DNA of 52,092 nucleotides, filler included, from an uncultured Pseudomonadota bacterium (GTDB lineage Bacteria; Babelota; Babeliae; Babelales; JAUPTZ01): NCBI GenBank assembly GCA_964429275.1. It is 6 parts of 6 records of this genome, joined end to end, with 100 filler letters (N's around TTAATTAATTAA, not from the genome) between each part and the next. Parts side by side here need not be neighbours in the genome. Positions count along the whole stretch, not along the records: positions 44,540 to 48,755 come from CAYSBJ010000007.1; positions 48,856 to 52,092 come from CAYSBJ010000008.1; 4 more parts are not named here. One strand, 5' to 3'. Shown piece by piece: positions 46,462 to 52,092 of this stretch (position 1 is its first letter; each line of letters starts with the position of its first letter). The notes under the pieces were generated by a model. It saw only the letters and a program-made list of their open reading frames with translations, ran no database searches and was not told where the DNA came from. The position numbers and the translations under genes were made by a program.

Positions 46462-48599
46462 TGGCAACGCTCAATATCGAAGGTCGTCGCGTCACGGTAG
46501 ACGACGCGTTCCTGTCCCTGTCGCCCGAGGAGCAGGAAGCTACTGTGAACGAGATTGTGCGCCAGATGGGCATCTCTTCATCGACGCAGCCGTCTCACAG
46601 TGGAGAACCTGTACCCGAATTCCGGCCTGTTGGTGTCTCCGGGTATGACCCGGCGACTGGTGAAGTTGATCCCAACGCCCCACGCGAAGAAAGCGCGCTC
46701 GGGAAATTCAGCCGTTCAGGTGTCGCAACCGCTCAAAACTGGCTGGAAAGTCTTCCAATCATCGGTCCATCCGCCGAAGCTACGACCCGCGCTATCGCGG
46801 CCGGAGCCGTGGCTCCATTCTCCGAAAAGACCTTTTCCGAGGTCTACAACGAGATGGGGGACTTGAAAAAGCAGGCGGCAGAAGAAAACCCCATTGCCGC
46901 CGGGCTAGGCACCGTGGGAGGGGCGGTTTCCGGAACTGCGCCGCTGGTCGCCGCCGCGCCCGCCGCATTCGGCGTTACCGGCACTTCCCTTCCGATCCGG
47001 GCGGCTGCGAGTGGTGCATCGAGCAGTTCGCTCGCTGCGGCGGATACCGCGGCGCGGGGCGGAAGCAACGAGGAAATTGTCGAAAGCGGCCTGTTCGGTC
47101 TCGGCGTGGGTGTTGCGACACCTGTCGTCGGTGAGCTTGCACGTCGTGGGCTGGACAAGCTTGGGCAGAAGCTCTCCCCAACACTGAAGGCCATCCTAAA
47201 GCCAGAAGAAGAGGCTGCCCGTAGAGTTGGCACTGCGATCACTCGCGATAAGATCGCAAACCCCGATCAGATCGTTACAGCAGCGGACGAAGCCGTTGCA
47301 CAGCAATCTGGTATAGCGCTCCGAAATGTCGATCGAGGCGGCGAGACGACGCGGGCATTGGCGCGCTCAGTCGCCAATCAGTCGCCTGAAGCCCGCGCAG
47401 CCCTTCAAAACGCCGCAGATGATCGGTTCGCCACGCAAGGAAATCGCGCGGTGGCGTTCGTGAAGCGCTTGGCCGGCGGCAACGTCGATGATCTGGCCAT
47501 ACAGGAAGGTATCCGATATGCCGCAAAGGCGGCCAACGATCCTGCTTATGCCAGAGCCTTCGCGCGGCCGGAAGCTCAGCAACTTTTCACACCGGAACTT
47601 CAAGAACTGATGCAGGCACCCGCCGTACAGAGGGCGGCAAGCATGGCTACCACGCGAAGCGCCAACCGGGGCGCCGTCGAAGGTTTCAAGGCAGTGCAGA
47701 ATCCGTTCCACAAGGCGACTGACGGCACATTCAAGCTTCGCCGGACTGCCGATGGCAAGCTTGTCGCTCCTTCACTCCGGTTCTGGGATCAAGTGAAGCG
47801 CAACCTTGACGGAGAAATCGGCAAGGCAGGCCGAACCGGAGACAGCACGTTGCAGGGCGATCTTATGGGCCTGAAGCGGAAGCTCGTCAGCGCCCTAGAT
47901 GATATTGTTCCGCAATACAGGGAGGCCCGGCAAGGTGCGTCTGCCTTCTTCGGCGCCGAAGATGCACTGGAAGCAGGCCAGAAGTTTGCCCGCTCGCCGC
48001 GGAGTATTCCGGAAGCCACCAAGGCGTTCGAAAAGTTCTCCGAAGCCGAAAAGGCAGCCTTCAGAACCGGGTTTGCCTCGGAAGTCATCGACGGCATCAA
48101 AGCCGCCCCAGATAGAAGGAACGTCATCTCTACCGTATTCAAATCTCAGGCAGCCCGCGAGCAGATGGAGCTTGTGTTTGGGAAGATGAAAGCGCGAGAG
48201 ATAGAGGCCTACGTCCGGGTGGAAGATATCGTTGACAGGCTTCGTGGCGCGCTTGGCGGCCCAACAACAACAAGGCAGCTGGTCGAACTCGGTATCGGCA
48301 CGTCGCTGGGTGGTGTCGGAGGGTACGCGCTTGGCGGCGACGTCCAGAGCGCGGCAAAGGGTGCGGCGGTCGGTGCCGGCGGGGCTTTGGCGAAGCGCTA
48401 CATCGCTGGCAAGGAAGCCGAGGTCATGAAGCAAGTCGGCGAGATGTTGCTCAGTGACGATCCGAAACTTCTCGAAAAAGTAGTACGCCAAGCTGCCCTG
48501 AGCCCGAAATACATGCGGGCGCTGGTCAAGTGGGATGAAGCTTTGGGGATAGCGACACGCGGCAGCGCACTCGCCGTCACTCAGCCGAAGAGCCAGTAG
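46461..48599 (+). CDS. Putative internal virion/DNA transfer protein
   Basis: TGATG coupling; Ala/Gly-rich hydrophobic blocks; WDQVKR.LD, Y..AR...A..F patterns of podovirus ejection proteins. Confidence 0.65.
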   Translation: MATLNIEGRRVTVDDAFLSLSPEEQEATVNEIVRQMGISSSTQPSHSGEPVPEFRPVGVSGYDPATGEVDPNAPREESALGKFSRSGVATAQNWLESLPIIGPSAEATTRAIAAGAVAPFSEKTFSEVYNEMGDLKKQAAEENPIAAGLGTVGGAVSGTAPLVAAAPAAFGVTGTSLPIRAAASGASSSSLAAADTAARGGSNEEIVESGLFGLGVGVATPVVGELARRGLDKLGQKLSPTLKAILKPEEEAARRVGTAITRDKIANPDQIVTAADEAVAQQSGIALRNVDRGGETTRALARSVANQSPEARAALQNAADDRFATQGNRAVAFVKRLAGGNVDDLAIQEGIRYAAKAANDPAYARAFARPEAQQLFTPELQELMQAPAVQRAASMATTRSANRGAVEGFKAVQNPFHKATDGTFKLRRTADGKLVAPSLRFWDQVKRNLDGEIGKAGRTGDSTLQGDLMGLKRKLVSALDDIVPQYREARQGASAFFGAEDALEAGQKFARSPRSIPEATKAFEKFSEAEKAAFRTGFASEVIDGIKAAPDRRNVISTVFKSQAAREQMELVFGKMKAREIEAYVRVEDIVDRLRGALGGPTTTRQLVELGIGTSLGGVGGYALGGDVQSAAKGAAVGAGGALAKRYIAGKEAEVMKQVGEMLLSDDPKLLEKVVRQAALSPKYMRALVKWDEALGIATRGSALAVTQPKSQ

Positions 48600-48712
48600 A
48601 CGAAGTGTATTGGCGCTTTGAAGAAGCCGAGATGCTTTAGCCAAAGAGCAACCGGGTAAACGATCGCGAGAGCGATCAGATAGCTCAACGTATCCAGAAA
48701 TCCGGGGCGCAT
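48581..48712 (-). CDS. 43-aa antisense membrane peptide
   Basis: GGGAG RBS; MRPGFLDTLSYLIALAIVYPVALWLKHLGFFKAPIHFVYWLFG*; below the ORF-track size cutoff. Confidence 0.6.
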   Translation of the reverse strand: MRPGFLDTLSYLIALAIVYPVALWLKHLGFFKAPIHFVYWLFG

Positions 48713-48755
48713 CCGCTCCCATTACCACACCGCCCGCGCAGCGCATAGCCGGGCG

Positions 48756-48855
48756 NNNNNNNNNNNNNNNNNNNNNNNNNNNNNNNNNNNNNNNNNNNNT
48801 TAATTAATTAANNNNNNNNNNNNNNNNNNNNNNNNNNNNNNNNNNNNNNNNNNNN
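48756..48855. other. Artificial contig linker
   Basis: N-run + TTAATTAATTAA + N-run. Confidence 0.98.
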
Positions 48856-48857
48856 TG

Positions 48858-51800
48858 ATGATTGCCGGAAAAAGTGATTTTGATGCTAATGGTAATCTTG
48901 GTTTCGATCTCACCAAACAAAACACTCCCAATCTTCTCGTGCCTCTAATCACAATTGAAGACCTTGGGCTTGATGTCGAAAAAACTTCTGCAGCTGACAT
49001 CATCGCCTCTTCAATAAAAATTCTGAGCAACATTTACGGCGCAGATAACACCGCTCTCACTCTTAAATCGGGCGAAGGCAGGTTCGATTATAGCAACAAA
49101 GAAATCACCTCCACAACTTCCAACATCACCAACACTCAGCCACTTTTTGCGATTGATGCTTCTGCTCTCGCTAAAATCCAATCGGGAAAAATATTTCTCA
49201 TCGCCACCAAGGAAGGTGTTGGTGTGAATATGGTGGGAGAACTTCTTTCTGGCGATGAGATCACCATCAGCGCTAACGGTGATGTTTTTTACAATAAACT
49301 CACCGCAACAACCAAAACAAAAATCACTGCTAGCGGTGATGTCGAAAGCCTTAATTCCAGCGCAAAAATCTCTTCAGCAAAAATTGATATCTCGGTAAAA
49401 AAGTTAAAAAATCTCGGCGAAATTCTTGCCAATGATTTTGAAATTCACGATGGCGAAACTTTAGAAAATTCCGGAAAAATCGAAGCATTAGATTTTAAAA
49501 TCTCCAACCTCACCAACATCGAAAATTCCGGCCTATTTTATGGAACGAACTCCTTATCGATTAACGCTGCAAACCTCACAAACCAAAGCTCTGCTACCAT
49601 CTTCTCGCCAGAAAATTATTCCATCATTCTTACAAGTCTCTTAAGCAATTCTGGCATGATTTCTGGCGATAAAAATGTGAATTTATCCGCAGATCAAATC
49701 ATCAATAATTCTAAAATTTATGCCGCGCAAAATCTCACAATTTACGACACAAACTCTCTGGCAAATTATAACAAAATTTCAGCAGATGGCGATTTAAACA
49801 TCGCCGCAGCAAGCCTTACGAATGAAGATTCGGCACTAATTATCGCGGATAAAAATCTCACTATCGATGCGGCAAATATCAGCAATAAAAACACCAAGCC
49901 AGCAAATGACAGTGTCACTTCCGGCTTAGTCTCTTCCAACGGAACCGTCACAATTAGAAGCGATTTTTTTGACAACAGATCGGGAATTGTTTTTGGGAAA
50001 AAAATCAAGCTCAACCCTTTGAATAACGAGCAAGTAAATCATCTTAACACTCTCGAAAAACTCATCGCCACCGGAGAAATAAATCTCGATCTCGGCGCAC
50101 TTGATTACACGCTCAGCGGAGAAATCACCGCGCAAAACATCATCATCACCGCCAAAAATATCGCAAATTATGGCAATGTGACGGCGTATGATTTTATTAA
50201 ATTCAACGCCACCAACGACATCATCAACGGCTATGCCATCGCCAATGACGCGCGCAATCAAAATGTGATTCTTGCTGCTGGCTCTTACATCGATTTCAAC
50301 GCACAAAATAAAATCAACAACTGGGGCAAAATTTCTGCGGAAACTGATTTAAGTTTGCGCGCGATTTCTGAAATCAACAACTATGGCGCAATCGTTGCTG
50401 GCAATGGCCTTAGCAACATCAATGTCACAAATGGCAGCTTTAACAATGCCTTCTCAAGATCAACCATCACTAGCAACGATAATCTAACTTTTAACCTCGG
50501 AGACGACCTCAATAATTACGGCGAAATTTCTGTAAAAAATAATCTCACAACCAACATCAGCGATAGTCTCTACAACTATTCCGGTGCTTCTCTTTGGAGT
50601 GGGAAAGATGCGCTATTCAACGTGGTGAATAGCTTTGTGAATGATCGTGCAGCGGTTTATGCGGAAAGGAATTTGACGATTCAGAAAAATTTGAGTGGGG
50701 AGAAAACCGTTTTGGTGCAGAATATTTCTGGGAATATTGAAACCCACGGCATCTACAATGCCGAGCTAAATAAAATCGAAGGAGATTTGGTCATTAGGGC
50801 TGAAACGCTCACAAATAAGCGTTATGACGGAATAGACTTTTATCTGAAGCCAATAGCTTACAATACGGAGGGCTTTGTTTATAACGGCCCTGACTTTATC
50901 GATTTTCCTAAGTTTGGCGCTTACTATACTGGAAGCTGGTGGTTTTCAGGTGATAAAGATTCTGGGCAAAATTTTTTATTTTATAGTTACGCCAGATCAA
51001 ACCCCGCCTCAATTGCCTCTAATATCAAATCTGGGCATGATCTCACTCTCGAAACTAGCAATCTAACCAACGACCTTTCCCTGATTAGCTCCGCAAACAA
51101 TATGGAAATTTTTGCTAATAAAATCGATAATAAAACACGCTTGGTAAATGGATTCAGCTGGGTCATGACAGTGGGACACGTTCCTAACGATAAATACTAC
51201 ACGAGCAGACTTAGATCGGTTGGAGAGATGTCTGAAACTAGCGCAATTAATACCGCATTCTCATCCTACATCAAATCCGGCGGAACCATCACCATCACCG
51301 AGAAAGGCATTCTGAATCCAAAATTAATTAACGGCACTGACATCGCGCAACTCACCGCGGTTGACGCCGTCAATAAAAAATCCAAATCCACAACAATAAA
51401 CACCATCGACAAATACAGCCTAGGAGAAACTGGCGTCATCGAAGTTGATCTCTCGCAATTCGCATTAGCATTATCAAATAATGCAGAATCAAACCAAACT
51501 GAAATTTTTTTAGGAAATTTTAAAATCAACACCAACCCAAACAAACCGCTGGTTGAAGCCCGCTCGCAATTCACCGACATAACAAAATTCTTTGGCAGTG
51601 TTTATTATTTCAATGCACTTGGAATCAATAGGAATACGCTTTTATCCGATATTGATCACCAAACCAGATCCGCCACCGCAACCAGAATGTTGGGTGATGC
51701 TTTTGTGGAATCGAAGCTCATTCTCGATCAAATCAGAACCCTCACCAAAGATTCCCTTCTCCTCTCAAAAACAACCACCAATCACGATCAGCAAATCAAA

Positions 51801-52091
51801 GAACTTTTGGATAATTCCATCGCCGAATTAACTCGTCTTGGTCTCGATGCTAAAGATGTCGCACTCAACGGATTAAGCAGTGCGCAAGCTAATGCTTTGC
51901 AGAAGGATATCGTCACTTTCGAGAAAGTTAATGTCGGAGGAATTGCAGTTCTCGCGCCAAAAATTTATTTGAGTTTAAGCACCAGAAACAGGCTTCTAGG
52001 AGACGATAGCAACGGCTCTGGCTCACTTGCTTCCGGCTCAACAATTTTTGCCAAAGAAGATCTAATCATCGATGCACCAAATGGTGATTTG
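48858..52091 (+). CDS. Filamentous haemagglutinin / CdiA-like TpsA, internal fragment
   Basis: The parts I translated at both ends share one frame: FAIDASAL..IQSGKIFLIATKEGVGVN (TPS domain end), N.G.I FHA repeats, LVEARSQF...LGDAFVE...LSSAQANAL.KDIV...VLAPKIYL. Absent from the ORF track, consistent with no stop in the window. Confidence 0.88.
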   Translation, partial: MIAGKSDFDANGNLGFDLTKQNTPNLLVPLITIEDLGLDVEKTSAADIIASSIKILSNIYGADNTALTLKSGEGRFDYSNKEITSTTSNITNTQPLFAIDASALAKIQSGKIFLIATKEGVGVNMVGELLSGDEITISANGDVFYNKLTATTKTKITASGDVESLNSSAKISSAKIDISVKKLKNLGEILANDFEIHDGETLENSGKIEALDFKISNLTNIENSGLFYGTNSLSINAANLTNQSSATIFSPENYSIILTSLLSNSGMISGDKNVNLSADQIINNSKIYAAQNLTIYDTNSLANYNKISADGDLNIAAASLTNEDSALIIADKNLTIDAANISNKNTKPANDSVTSGLVSSNGTVTIRSDFFDNRSGIVFGKKIKLNPLNNEQVNHLNTLEKLIATGEINLDLGALDYTLSGEITAQNIIITAKNIANYGNVTAYDFIKFNATNDIINGYAIANDARNQNVILAAGSYIDFNAQNKINNWGKISAETDLSLRAISEINNYGAIVAGNGLSNINVTNGSFNNAFSRSTITSNDNLTFNLGDDLNNYGEISVKNNLTTNISDSLYNYSGASLWSGKDALFNVVNSFVNDRAAVYAERNLTIQKNLSGEKTVLVQNISGNIETHGIYNAELNKIEGDLVIRAETLTNKRYDGIDFYLKPIAYNTEGFVYNGPDFIDFPKFGAYYTGSWWFSGDKDSGQNFLFYSYARSNPASIASNIKSGHDLTLETSNLTNDLSLISSANNMEIFANKIDNKTRLVNGFSWVMTVGHVPNDKYYTSRLRSVGEMSETSAINTAFSSYIKSGGTITITEKGILNPKLINGTDIAQLTAVDAVNKKSKSTTINTIDKYSLGETGVIEVDLSQFALALSNNAESNQTEIFLGNFKINTNPNKPLVEARSQFTDITKFFGSVYYFNALGINRNTLLSDIDHQTRSATATRMLGDAFVESKLILDQIRTLTKDSLLLSKTTTNHDQQIKELLDNSIAELTRLGLDAKDVALNGLSSAQANALQKDIVTFEKVNVGGIAVLAPKIYLSLSTRNRLLGDDSNGSGSLASGSTIFAKEDLIIDAPNGDL

Positions 52092-52092
52092 A

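Noticed and set aside
18213..48755. Alternative genetic code or stop-codon recoding in the phage contigs
   Set aside because: Genes tile densely under the standard code with normal stop/start coupling.
18113..48855. Recurring TTAATTAATTAA motif and ORFs ending in X...LIN
   Set aside because: Artificial all-frame-stop linkers between contigs. Genes on different contigs must not be read as one system.
49766..51831. Short ORFs listed in the last contig
   Set aside because: They overlap the single long plus-strand TpsA frame.

Overview
This window is not one locus. It is six unrelated contigs joined by artificial spacers (N-run + TTAATTAATTAA + N-run). (1) 1-18112: AT-leaning bacterial chromosome, possibly Dependentiae/Babelota-like (inference). 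It carries an ABC permease, a FUN14-family gene coupled to a GspE/PilB ATPase, dnaJ, a 384-bp internally deleted IS5-family element, tRNA-Leu(CAG) followed by a structured palindromic tract, several secreted orphans, tilS, a frameshift-free prfB, an EEP phosphatase and a cyclase. (2) 18213-30762: very GC-rich phage with all genes on the minus strand. It runs from a tail-fibre end through a Cys-rich lipoprotein moron, signal-peptide-bearing esterase/lectin proteins, a DUF5675 lysin, holin-like genes, two HEXXH proteins, a Dam-like methyltransferase with internal 14-aa repeats coupled to a T5 A1-like metallo-nuclease, and an Acb2/Tad1-like fusion protein, to a spanin-like gene. (3) 30863-38560: alphaproteobacterial-type temperate phage early/recombination arm (exonuclease, Rad52-like annealase, NinB). 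An HNH homing endonuclease here appears to have captured the 5' end of another HNH gene and supplied a recoded replacement. (4) 38661-44439: GC-rich phage head module with a portal, inserted FN3/lectin/esterase genes and a scaffold-like gene. (5) 44540-48755: podovirus-like internal virion (ejection) proteins plus an unannotated antisense 43-aa membrane peptide. (6) 48856-52092: internal fragment of a CdiA/filamentous-haemagglutinin-like TpsA gene. All family assignments come from motif recognition by eye, not database searches.
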